From Candidatus Woesearchaeota archaeon (GTDB taxonomy: Archaea > Nanobdellota > Nanobdellia > Woesearchaeales > UBA10216), in contig JACPBX010000005.1 of assembly GCA_016180085.1 (NCBI GenBank), positions 1 to 56,648 of the forward strand: a stretch of 56,648 nucleotides of DNA, read 5' to 3'. Made by a program: the position numbers and the translations under genes. Numbering within the stretch: the stretch's first letter is position 1; every line of letters begins with the position of its first letter. The notes beneath the pieces were generated by a model, which was not told where the DNA came from, made no database searches, and saw only the letters and a program-made list of their open reading frames with translations. Shown one piece after another: positions 29,800 to 37,510 of this stretch.

Positions 29800-29908
29800 C
29801 TCTTAATGGTAATCGAGAAGCCTGTTTAAATCTTGTGCCAACCCGCTTCTTAGGCTCAGGAGCCGATTATGGCATCATTGAACTGTCTTTGCCGGATTCA
29901 TCGGAGGC

Positions 29909-29946
29909 TATGCCGGTTCATACAGCATATGCCGGTTCATACAGCA
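29909..29946. repeat. Perfect 19-bp tandem duplication
   Basis: TATGCCGGTTCATACAGCA x2. Confidence 0.95.
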
Positions 29947-30703
29947 TGACTTGTGCATTCTGGACAATTCCAAGCGTTGTCAGGGTTTTGCATGCGTCCT
30001 CAAGCCGCAAGCCAGTGGAATCCGGTGGAAACCTGGTAGCCAGAGCAGCAGTGGCAACCGCGCGGAACTCTGAGGGTGTTTGAGTACCACTTACGGTTAT
30101 CCTGGCATATTGCCCACCTTTGGGAACATCCACGAGTCGCAGCACCTTGAAGCCGCCTTCCTTTGCAAACACTACCGCAGCCGTTATGCTTCTAATGTAT
30201 TCCGTGACAAGTGCGAGCATCCCCCTAACCGCTATGCGGTAATTCTGGTCGTTGAACTTCCTCGCCCAGTGGCTATCCGGCATTACTTCTCCTCTTCCGT
30301 TTAAGGCAAAGCTTATTCCAGAGGGGTCCTCTCTTTCGGCAGGCGTGAAGGAGACGCATATAAGCCCGGGCCTGCCGCCTGACAGTATATTGGCAGCGTA
30401 CATAGCTTCATCCCGACGTATTCTTTTCAATGCTTGACGGGCTTGTGTGAAGCCATTCCCCGGTACATTTCCTTTAAACGATGCCGAGTGCCCAACAATT
30501 ACCTTGTTGCCGCTTGGCTTTTGCGGCTCAAATACGTCATAGATTAAGTCCAGCCTGGGCCTGGTTTCGGTAAGCTCGGCATTGGCATAAATGCACGCTT
30601 CAACTTCCAGTCTTGCCAGCGCTACCTCTTCCTGGATGCCATGCATAACATCCTGATACCCTTTTATCCTCCCAACAAGCTCTCCAAGGTCTTCAGATAC
30701 CAT
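29918..30703 (-). CDS. Hypothetical protein (ORFan)
   Basis: 261-aa ORF, CATTTAAATA upstream; C-terminus altered by the 19-bp duplication. Confidence 0.65.
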   Translation of the reverse strand: MVSEDLGELVGRIKGYQDVMHGIQEEVALARLEVEACIYANAELTETRPRLDLIYDVFEPQKPSGNKVIVGHSASFKGNVPGNGFTQARQALKRIRRDEAMYAANILSGGRPGLICVSFTPAEREDPSGISFALNGRGEVMPDSHWARKFNDQNYRIAVRGMLALVTEYIRSITAAVVFAKEGGFKVLRLVDVPKGGQYARITVSGTQTPSEFRAVATAALATRFPPDSTGLRLEDACKTLTTLGIVQNAQVMLYEPAYAV

Positions 30704-30868
30704 GCTAAGTCAGCCGTTACAAATACCTCGTCGTATTTAAATGTTTCCTTTTTATCACCACTACCAAGAGATTACATTTCTGCGGGAAGTATTTAAGCAA
30801 GAGCAGATAATCTTATATACAGGAACTTCTCAGGAGTGCTAAATTCCAAAATTGGAGGTGTTTACAGA

Positions 30869-31084
30869 ATGGCAGGAAATACAGTTGATATGGTATCTAA
30901 GTGGTTAGTAGTTATCGGTGGCCTTAACTGGGGCCTTGTTGGTGTTGGCATGTTTGCCGGATCCGACCTGAATGTGGTAAAGCTTATCCTTGGCGGAATC
31001 GCTGGCGGAGTGCTGGCTAACATCGTTTATGTGTTGGTTGGCTTGTCAGCCCTGTACATGCTCTGGGGCATGTTCAAGAAGTAA
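30869..31084 (+). CDS. DUF378 family small membrane protein
   Basis: LVVIGGLNWGLVG...IVYVLVGLSALY; GGAGGTG SD. Confidence 0.92.
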   Translation: MAGNTVDMVSKWLVVIGGLNWGLVGVGMFAGSDLNVVKLILGGIAGGVLANIVYVLVGLSALYMLWGMFKK

Positions 31085-31092
31085 ATTGATGA

Positions 31093-31130
31093 AAGGGCTA
31101 AGCCCTTCTTTTTCTTCTTCTTTTTTATTT
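31093..31130 (+). terminator. Hairpin plus T-tract terminator after DUF378
   Basis: AAGGGC-TAA-GCCCTT followed by a long T-rich run. Confidence 0.7.
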
Positions 31131-31190
31131 TCTACACTCTCCTTTTTTCGCAAAGGTTTATATAGGAACAGTTCGCATAAAAACACCAGA

Positions 31191-32003
31191 ATGGTTCTGG
31201 AACAGCTTGAAACAGAGTTAAAGCTTCGCGGATTCAGCGAGAGAACAGTAAAAAGCTACCTTTTCTACAATAACAAGTTCCTTGCATTCACGAATAAAGC
31301 CCCAGAGGCTATATCAGAAGAAGACATCAAGTCATACCTGGCCAACCTGATAAGTGACAGGAAGAAAAACGCTGCAACCGTAGCCCTTGTAAGAGCTGCG
31401 CTCAGGTTTTATTATGACGGCGTACTGAAGAAAAGCATCGTAACGCTCAAAACGCCCAAGATACAGAAGAAGCTGCCGACAGTGCTTACGAAGGAAGAAG
31501 TGAAAAAGCTCATCGAATCTGCCGCAACAGCCAAAAGCAAGCTGCTGCTCATGACACTTTATTCCTCAGGCTTGAGGGTAAGCGAATGCACGAACCTGAA
31601 GATAAACGATGTCGAGCTTGACCAGAGGATGGGCTGGGTCAGGCAGGGAAAAGGCGGCAAGGACAGGCTGTTCATACTATCGGACGGCCTTGTAGATGCG
31701 CTAAGGGGCTATGTAAACGGCAAAAACACCGAGCACATTTTCACCAACAAATCAGGCAGGCCATTATCAGCTAGGAACATACAGAAAATAGTGGCTACTG
31801 CCGCAAAAAGGGCAGGGATAAGCAAGGGCGTGAGCCCTCACACGCTCAGGCATTCATTCGCAACCCACCTTCTTGAGAGCGGGGAGAGCATAAGGAAGAT
31901 ACAGGAGCTTCTTGGGCACTCAAATTTGCAGACAACGCAGATTTACACGAAAGTGTCGACGGAAGAATTGAGGAAGGTTAAGAGCCCTCTGGACAGCTTG
32001 TAA
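31191..32003 (+). CDS. xerA: XerA/XerD-like tyrosine recombinase (start ATG 31191)
   Basis: SAM-like N-domain, SGLRVSE (R), GKGGKDR (K), HTLRHSF (H-x-x-R), LLGH, TQIY (catalytic Tyr); AAAGGTTTATATAG promoter. Confidence 0.92.
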   Translation: MVLEQLETELKLRGFSERTVKSYLFYNNKFLAFTNKAPEAISEEDIKSYLANLISDRKKNAATVALVRAALRFYYDGVLKKSIVTLKTPKIQKKLPTVLTKEEVKKLIESAATAKSKLLLMTLYSSGLRVSECTNLKINDVELDQRMGWVRQGKGGKDRLFILSDGLVDALRGYVNGKNTEHIFTNKSGRPLSARNIQKIVATAAKRAGISKGVSPHTLRHSFATHLLESGESIRKIQELLGHSNLQTTQIYTKVSTEELRKVKSPLDSL

Positions 32004-32162
32004 GGAATTCTCGTAAATTTATAGAGTAAATAATGTAATAAATTCCTACAATATTTAAGAATATTATATCATATTTAGATACTTAATATTTAATAATAAA
32101 TTAGATTATTTAATCATAATTTTAATTAAATATTTTAGTTATATCACAAGACATTTGCATAA
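32004..32162. other. Extremely AT-rich tract (about 14% GC by manual count) ending in dif-arm-like sequences
   Basis: TTATATCACAA (32139-32149) and CATTTGCATAA (32152-32162) directly downstream of xerA. Confidence 0.5.
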
Positions 32163-32362
32163 GGCATGTAAGCGGTGCCGCCAAAAGGCCAAAAGAGGCT
32201 GCAAGGTAATGCAAATGCGCCATGAGCAGACCCAAAGCTGCTGCAATCGCCTGAACCAGCAACAATCCGTTAGGCACTATGGTGGAAAGTGAGGGAATAA
32301 TGGGCGTGCGTCTGCACCGATGGAGGATTATGGTCGCGCAAATCGGAGACTGAATGCGCCAT

Positions 32363-33115
32363 TCAAAAGATGCTTGAGCCGTCTAAACTCGCGCGGTTCT
32401 CCGGTGCCTGGGTGTCCAGGATAATCAGCTCCATCAGCCCTATTCCTACCTTTTGAACCACTTTGCCATCCTGGTACACAGTGAGGGGAAGCACAACAAA
32501 AGTGTAGGTTTGGCCTGTATCGCCAATCTGAAGGAATTGCGTTTGGGCTGAACCCATGATGCCACGGCTATCAACAATACGGACCATCCAGAAAGGGTCA
32601 GGTGGCATGGCAGGCGCTTGCAAAGGGAGCAGCCCGGTAAAATTGATTAGCAAAGTTGGTTCGGGAAACCTGTGCGCTACGGCTCGTTGGTTGATTATAG
32701 TGCCGTCTGGGACTATAAGCGGTGGCGGCAGGGATTTTTCCACAAAGGCATCATAGGGGTCTTGAGAAGGCAACGGCCTCACTTTAAAGTATAACTTGCC
32801 TTCGCTCAATTTCAGGCCGTCGATTAACCCGTATGCCACTGCAATAATGCTTGTGGCGTTGGATTCGGGGTCCAGAACATAATACCGGATGACAATCAGG
32901 TCATCCAATACGCTGTTATCGTAATGCAACTGGCCCTTTGATTTTGTATAGTATTCCAAAAGAATGCTCTGAAGCCCGGATTCGGGTTGGGGAGAGGATA
33001 TTGGGCTTGGCGCGGCTGTGGGTGGCGGCTGGGTGGCCACTGTTTTATCCGTATGGCCACATGCTGCGAGGACTATCGTTTCAAGCGCCAGCGCCGCAAC
33101 AAGCAGCTTTTTCAT
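32363..33115 (-). CDS. Hypothetical lipoprotein (likely start ATG 33115)
   Basis: MKKLLVAALALETIVLAAC lipobox, then a Pro/Thr/Ser linker; TTTATAAA about 24 nt upstream. Confidence 0.7.
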   Translation of the reverse strand: MKKLLVAALALETIVLAACGHTDKTVATQPPPTAAPSPISSPQPESGLQSILLEYYTKSKGQLHYDNSVLDDLIVIRYYVLDPESNATSIIAVAYGLIDGLKLSEGKLYFKVRPLPSQDPYDAFVEKSLPPPLIVPDGTIINQRAVAHRFPEPTLLINFTGLLPLQAPAMPPDPFWMVRIVDSRGIMGSAQTQFLQIGDTGQTYTFVVLPLTVYQDGKVVQKVGIGLMELIILDTQAPENRASLDGSSIF

Positions 33116-33193
33116 TGTAGGCAGGGTAGTCTGCTGCAATTTATAAAGTTCATGCGAAGATTTTTAAATGCCACGGCTGTCCGCAAAAAGCTT

Positions 33194-33598
33194 ATGATAA
33201 AGGTCGCAGACGCCAGAATCGGAACTTGTATTATGAACAGGGGTGAGCCTTCCAAGGTTACCCAGAAAGAGAGGGTTACTGTTGGTACTCACATGCATTC
33301 CAAGACGAGGCTGGTTGTGCAGGGCATTTTCTCAGGCAGGAGCGAGGTTTTGACGCTTTCTCACCATGAGAACCTTGAGGACATTGAAATCACCAACAAG
33401 AAAGGCCAGGTTGTTGCTAAAATTCCTCCCAACCAAATACAGATTATGGACCTGGTCAGCTACGAGACGCTGGCCGCAACAGTTGAAAAGGAAATGTTTG
33501 ACAAGGCCAGCGAGGGCAGCATAGTTACGTTCATTGAGCTGCAGGGCAAAGTGATCATAATAGAAATGAGGGAAGCTCGTGAGGAAGAGCAAAAGTAA
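33194..33598 (+). CDS. Translation factor aIF5A/eIF5A homologue lacking the hypusine Lys (start ATG 33194, 134 aa)
   Basis: Aligns by eye over the full length with aIF5A: G..I...GEP.KV, GTHMHSKTRL (for GKHG.AK.R), GIFSG, K.GQV, QIMDL.SYET, G..V.F.E..GK.II. Confidence 0.85.
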   Translation: MIKVADARIGTCIMNRGEPSKVTQKERVTVGTHMHSKTRLVVQGIFSGRSEVLTLSHHENLEDIEITNKKGQVVAKIPPNQIQIMDLVSYETLAATVEKEMFDKASEGSIVTFIELQGKVIIIEMREAREEEQK

Positions 33599-33613
33599 AG
33601 CGTTTAAAGCGTT

Positions 33614-33892
33614 CTAAATTCCAAACGATTCTATGAGTGCCTTCATTTTCCTGAATTCTGCAACAAAGCTGTAGCCCTTTTGGGTCAGGGCAATTAGGTT
33701 TCGGCCTTCGCTGCCGCTGCCTTCGATGGCCAGCATCTGCTGCCTGACCAGGCTTTCGAGGTAAAGCTTAAGCCTTGCGTGGGAGAGGTTTGACTTGTAA
33801 AGCAGCCTCGTGGGCTTCATCTTCCCGCCGCTTTCCTGCACGGCCCGGAGTATGTCGAATATTATTTCGGGCTTGCCCCTTTTTGACGTCAT
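33614..33892 (-). CDS. Winged-helix transcription regulator (ArnR1/HTH_45-like)
   Basis: KR...EIIFDIL.....KPTRLLYKSNLS...L..YL..L.......TQKG..F. Confidence 0.85.
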   Translation of the reverse strand: MTSKRGKPEIIFDILRAVQESGGKMKPTRLLYKSNLSHARLKLYLESLVRQQMLAIEGSGSEGRNLIALTQKGYSFVAEFRKMKALIESFGI

Positions 33893-34545
33893 TTTTTGAG
33901 CACCAGCAGCATGTTAGCGAGGAGCAGCAGGTAAGCCAGCACCCTTAAAGTGCTGCCGATAAAGTAGAAGTTTATTGATTTCAGTATGAAGAGGAAAAGG
34001 ACCTCACTTACAAGAAGGGTTACGAACGAAGCCAGGACGAGGAGCGTGTTCCTGTTCCTTTTTTTAATAAAGCTCTCTGCGCTATGCGTCAGAATGAAAG
34101 CGAGGAGAACTGCCGGGATTATATGCGCGGTAAGGTAGGCGTTTGACGTGCTTATGGTGAGCAGGGCGACCAGGGCAACAAGCAGGGTTATAACTCTCTT
34201 GCTTTGTATTTTGAAGAACAGCGCTATCAGGAAGGTATATCCTGAAGTTGCCAGGAATATTGAGAGGAACAGCATCAGCGCTTGCAGCTGAGTCATGCCC
34301 TGAAGCGCGATGAATCTCGGGTTGTAGGTAAGCTCGAATTTCACTAGGTAGTCGAACAGAACCCTCGAGAAAAGGCCTGCTGCAATCAGCATGAATGCTG
34401 ATGAAAAGAAAAGGCTGGTCCTGTTCCTGGTCAGAAGGTAGCCTCTCAGGGCATACCCTGCTATGAAAAGCGCTACAGACGCTGAGACCAGCCCGAAGGC
34501 AAGGTCTATGCTGTAGAAGGCATGCAACACATCAGCCCATACCAT
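33889..34545 (-). CDS. Seven-TM membrane protein translationally coupled to the wHTH gene
   Basis: About 7 hydrophobic segments; ATGA overlap with the wHTH start. Confidence 0.75.
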   Translation of the reverse strand: MVWADVLHAFYSIDLAFGLVSASVALFIAGYALRGYLLTRNRTSLFFSSAFMLIAAGLFSRVLFDYLVKFELTYNPRFIALQGMTQLQALMLFLSIFLATSGYTFLIALFFKIQSKRVITLLVALVALLTISTSNAYLTAHIIPAVLLAFILTHSAESFIKKRNRNTLLVLASFVTLLVSEVLFLFILKSINFYFIGSTLRVLAYLLLLANMLLVLKK

Positions 34546-34678
34546 GTCCTTGGCTATGCAGGATTTTGCTTTAAAAAGATTGTGAACCTTTAATCACGAT
34601 TTTTTCTTCACAAGGCACTTATTAACCAGGTTCCATAACGCATCCATCACAATAGAAATTAACAAAAAATCGGAGGTG

Positions 34679-34930
34679 ATGCTGGTGGGCAGTATTAATT
34701 TGCTGTTGACTGATTTCCCGGGCTTTGTTGGTGGTGAGGCAAGGGAGCTTATGGAAAAAATCAACGCACAGTACCTAATGTGGCTTTCCAAAAAGGCAAG
34801 GAGGGTAAGGATGCGCAAAAGGCAGGAAGGCAGCGCAACCAATGTGGTGGCAAATGCGCTTGCAAAGGAGGTGATGCTTGATGAGCGAAGGGGAAGATGG
34901 CTACGGCACAGGCAGACGATGGAAGCATGA
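34679..34930 (+). CDS. Possible small basic protein
   Basis: Perfect GGAGGTGA SD at about 34672; K/R-rich centre; overlaps the next ORF by about 50 nt. Confidence 0.4.
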   Translation: MLVGSINLLLTDFPGFVGGEARELMEKINAQYLMWLSKKARRVRMRKRQEGSATNVVANALAKEVMLDERRGRWLRHRQTMEA

Positions 34931-35042
34931 GGAAGACGATGACGAATGGTTTGAGGAGCTGCTTGAGGACGACGAGGTCAGCAGCAGCGAGGCCGGCTTT
35001 ATGATTGGCTATAAGAAGGCGGAAGAGGAGGGGTTCGAGTAG
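34881..35042 (+). CDS. Small highly acidic protein (53 aa, not in the ORF track)
   Basis: GGAGGTG SD 7 nt upstream; MSEGEDGYGTGRRWKHEEDDDEWFEELLEDDEVSSSEAGFMIGYKKAEEEGFE; followed by a pyrimidine tract. Confidence 0.7.
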   Translation: MSEGEDGYGTGRRWKHEEDDDEWFEELLEDDEVSSSEAGFMIGYKKAEEEGFE

Positions 35043-35063
35043 CCTTTCCCTTACCTTTCTGCA

Positions 35064-35627
35064 TTATCGCTCCACAAACAAATAGTGCTTCTGCGGCTCT
35101 GTAATCTCGAGCAGTATTCTCTTCTCTATGGCTTTTTCAGGGTCAAGCATCAGCTTAAGCCTTCCTCTCATTTCCTTGAACGTCTCAAACAGCTTCTGGT
35201 CCCTTGCCTCAATGAGCTCCCACATCCTTTTCTTTCCCATCCCGGGCAAAAGCTCAAGGCTGTGCATCCTTGTGCTTAGCGGCTGGGCTGTGTTGAAGAA
35301 GCTGATAAACCTGGTCTCGTTGGCCTTTACTATGTTGGCTATGACGAATTCCAGCTCTGCTTTCGCTGTTGGGGTGAGCTTTGCAGCCGGCAGTCTGCCG
35401 TTTATGTGGTGTATCTTGTCTCTTTTGCCCTCGCCTATGTAGACCTCCTCGTGCGGCTGGAGGGTAATGTCTTTCTTAGGGACAAGCTCAAGAAGCACAA
35501 AATAAGTTTTGCCGATTGCCTGCACTATCGGCGTTTTCATGTAGCCAGGTCTTGTGTCGAAAGGGTAGCCGTTTGGCAGGAAGTCCAGCACTATGACATA
35601 CTCTTCCTTTGTCCTTTGCTGTTCCAT
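35064..35627 (-). CDS. DUF655 family putative RNA-binding protein
   Basis: EEY.IVLDFLP.G, QAIG..YFVLLE, LELLPG.GKK (HhH). Confidence 0.92.
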   Translation of the reverse strand: MEQQRTKEEYVIVLDFLPNGYPFDTRPGYMKTPIVQAIGKTYFVLLELVPKKDITLQPHEEVYIGEGKRDKIHHINGRLPAAKLTPTAKAELEFVIANIVKANETRFISFFNTAQPLSTRMHSLELLPGMGKKRMWELIEARDQKLFETFKEMRGRLKLMLDPEKAIEKRILLEITEPQKHYLFVER

Positions 35628-35746
35628 TCCCCACCAACTCCGAATCGCTACTCATATTACTCGCATTTTTACATTAGACCGAATTTGCCTTTATAGTGGT
35701 CAAAGTATATAAAAACCTTTTGCACACATCCTTGATAGAATCCGTG

Positions 35747-36274
35747 TTACGGCATTCCCAGACTGACGAAAGTGCCGAAAGGCAGGCCTCTGTCTGCGAG
35801 CACAATTTCAAGGGCAGATAAAATAGGTCTGACTTCTCCTGCCCCAAAAATCGAATCGCCAGGAGCCAATACGTGGCCGCCCAGGCCGTACAAAAGTTTC
35901 TTTTGAGGAGTTACCAACAGGGCAGTAAAAGCAGGATCTTTCCTTGATTGCTGCTTGTAGAATTCAACGTCGCCTCTTGAGAAGTGCGTGGCAAGCTGCG
36001 GGGCTCTGCCTACTGTCCCATTGCTGTGGGTGTGAAAGTGCATAGTTCGGTAGCCGCAGCCGGACATTCTTTTCAAAAGGGCTTGAGCAACTTTTGCTCT
36101 TTTTTTATCAGCGTGAAGGTGCACCCCTTCGCGAAAATTAGTTAGTACCATATATTGCAGAACAAGATCATCATCCCGCGGCCGGGCCAAAATCAGGCCA
36201 TTTGCCTCTTCGTTCCTTTCAACAAGATAACTTATTTGCTGCTCAAGGTACGACGGCATCAAAACCTTTGCCAT
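35747..36274 (-). CDS. JAB/MPN-like metalloprotein (atypical spacing)
   Basis: EEANGLIL N-terminal Glu, then HFHTH...FSRGD (H-x-H ... S-x-x-D). Confidence 0.6.
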   Translation of the reverse strand: MAKVLMPSYLEQQISYLVERNEEANGLILARPRDDDLVLQYMVLTNFREGVHLHADKKRAKVAQALLKRMSGCGYRTMHFHTHSNGTVGRAPQLATHFSRGDVEFYKQQSRKDPAFTALLVTPQKKLLYGLGGHVLAPGDSIFGAGEVRPILSALEIVLADRGLPFGTFVSLGMP

Positions 36275-36395
36275 GCTTAATGTGAATTACTGCGGCTATA
36301 TAAATCTTTTGTAAAGTCACCACTGAAAAGAAACAAATAATAACGATAGTAAAGTATTTAAGTAAGAATATTTTTACTTTGGCCGGTGATTCGTA

Positions 36396-36638
36396 ATGAA
36401 GGTCAAAACGGTTAAAATGTCGGAAAAGGGGCAGATAGCCATTCCTCTCGAAATCAGGGAAGCGATTGGGCTGAAAAAAGGAGACGAGTTGCTGCTGCTG
36501 CAGGAAGGAGAAAGGGTGTTTATTGAGAAAGCGACTTCTGCCCTGAAAGATGAATTTGAGCCGTTACTCAAGGCATCAGAAAAAACGCTAAAAAAGCTCT
36601 GGGATAACAAGTTTGATGAGGTCTGGAACAATGTTTGA
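36396..36638 (+). CDS. AbrB/MazE-family antitoxin
   Basis: VKMSEKGQIAIPLEIREAIGLKKGDEL. Confidence 0.9.
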   Translation: MKVKTVKMSEKGQIAIPLEIREAIGLKKGDELLLLQEGERVFIEKATSALKDEFEPLLKASEKTLKKLWDNKFDEVWNNV

Positions 36639-36963
36639 GCAGGGCGATATCGTCGTAGTGCCTTTTCCTTTTACGGACTTAAGTGCGACAAAGCAGAGGC
36701 CAGCATTAGTTATCTCAAAAACAGGGTACAATAGCATGACTGACGATGTCATAACCTGTGCCATAACGTCTAACCTACAAGGCTCAGACTATTCCGTACT
36801 AATCGACAATGATAGCTTGACAGAAGGAGCGATTCCAACCAAAAGCAGGGTAAAGGTTGACAAGTTATTCACGATAAGCAAATTGCTGGTTAAGAAGAAA
36901 GTGGCTAAGCTGGGGGCGGAAGAGTTTTCGAAAGTAAAAGCTGAACTGCAAAAGCTGGTTTAA
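36631..36963 (+). CDS. mazF: PemK/MazF-family endoribonuclease toxin (start ATG 36631)
   Basis: QGDIVVVPFPFTD....KQRPALVIS, CAITS, SRVKVDKLFTI. Confidence 0.9.
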   Translation: MFEQGDIVVVPFPFTDLSATKQRPALVISKTGYNSMTDDVITCAITSNLQGSDYSVLIDNDSLTEGAIPTKSRVKVDKLFTISKLLVKKKVAKLGAEEFSKVKAELQKLV

Positions 36964-37122
36964 ATGGAATTTATTCCAAAGGTAAAAAGACGTGGAAACT
37001 CATTGTGGCTTATTTTTCCAAAATACGTTGTGACAGCATTGGCGCTTAACGAAAACTCCACCTTCAGGCTAAATTTTGTTAAAAACGGAGATAAAATCTT
37101 CGTTACAGGAACAGTCTTATGA
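36964..37122 (+). CDS. Second small AbrB-like protein (52 aa, not in the ORF track)
   Basis: Own translation: MEFIPKVKRRGNSLWLIFPKYVVTALALNENSTFRLNFVKNGDKIFVTGTVL; ATG directly follows the mazF TAA. Confidence 0.7.
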   Translation: MEFIPKVKRRGNSLWLIFPKYVVTALALNENSTFRLNFVKNGDKIFVTGTVL

Positions 37123-37150
37123 ACGAATCGCCTGAGTGGCTGCAAAACAA

Positions 37151-37504
37151 CTACTTCTTCTTTTCCAAGAACTCGTTAACCAGCTCGACTATCTTGCTGA
37201 TTGCATCGTTTGTCAGGCTTACTGCGTAGCCCTGCATTAGCAGCTTTAGCTCCGCTGCTGTCCTTGGGAGCAGGTCAACTATCTTGCAGATGTGCTCGTC
37301 CTTTAGCCTGTTTATTGCCAGTTTGCTTATGGCTGCGTGCAGCTCCTTGCCCTGCTCAGGGCTTAGCTCTACAAAGGCGTTGAGGTAGTCCTCTGTCCTC
37401 GTGACCCTGATGCTTGGCTCTTTTTCCCTTTGCCTTATCTTCTCAATTTCGTGCTTGAGCTCCACTAGCGACAACGGTGTCTGGCTTACTATTTTAGGCT
37501 CCAT
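37151..37504 (-). CDS. rpoF: DNA-directed RNA polymerase subunit F (Rpo4)
   Basis: P.SL.E.K..., EDYL..F, KIVDLLP....ELK; lies next to rpl21e. Confidence 0.88.
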   Translation of the reverse strand: MEPKIVSQTPLSLVELKHEIEKIRQREKEPSIRVTRTEDYLNAFVELSPEQGKELHAAISKLAINRLKDEHICKIVDLLPRTAAELKLLMQGYAVSLTNDAISKIVELVNEFLEKKK

Positions 37505-37510
37505 TTTTGC

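Noticed and set aside
31191-32003. Integron integrase (IntI) call
   Set aside because: It lacks the IntI-specific insertion between the catalytic patches; size and motifs fit XerA/XerD.
32245-32275. GCCTGAAC...GTTAGGC resembling attC R''/R' boxes near the recombinase
   Set aside because: The left box does not fit RYYYAAC, the spacing (~15 nt) is far too short, and no similar element repeats elsewhere in the window.
32120-32400. Hydrophobic minus-strand open frame (..GLLLVQAIAAALGLLMAH..) downstream of xerA
   Set aside because: It has no convincing start or promoter, overlaps the lipoprotein 3' end and runs into the AT tract; at best a gene remnant.
33889-34545. Microbial rhodopsin or heliorhodopsin
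   Set aside because: There is no retinal-binding Lys in the last helix (TLRVLAY) and no DxxxK or SxxxK motif.
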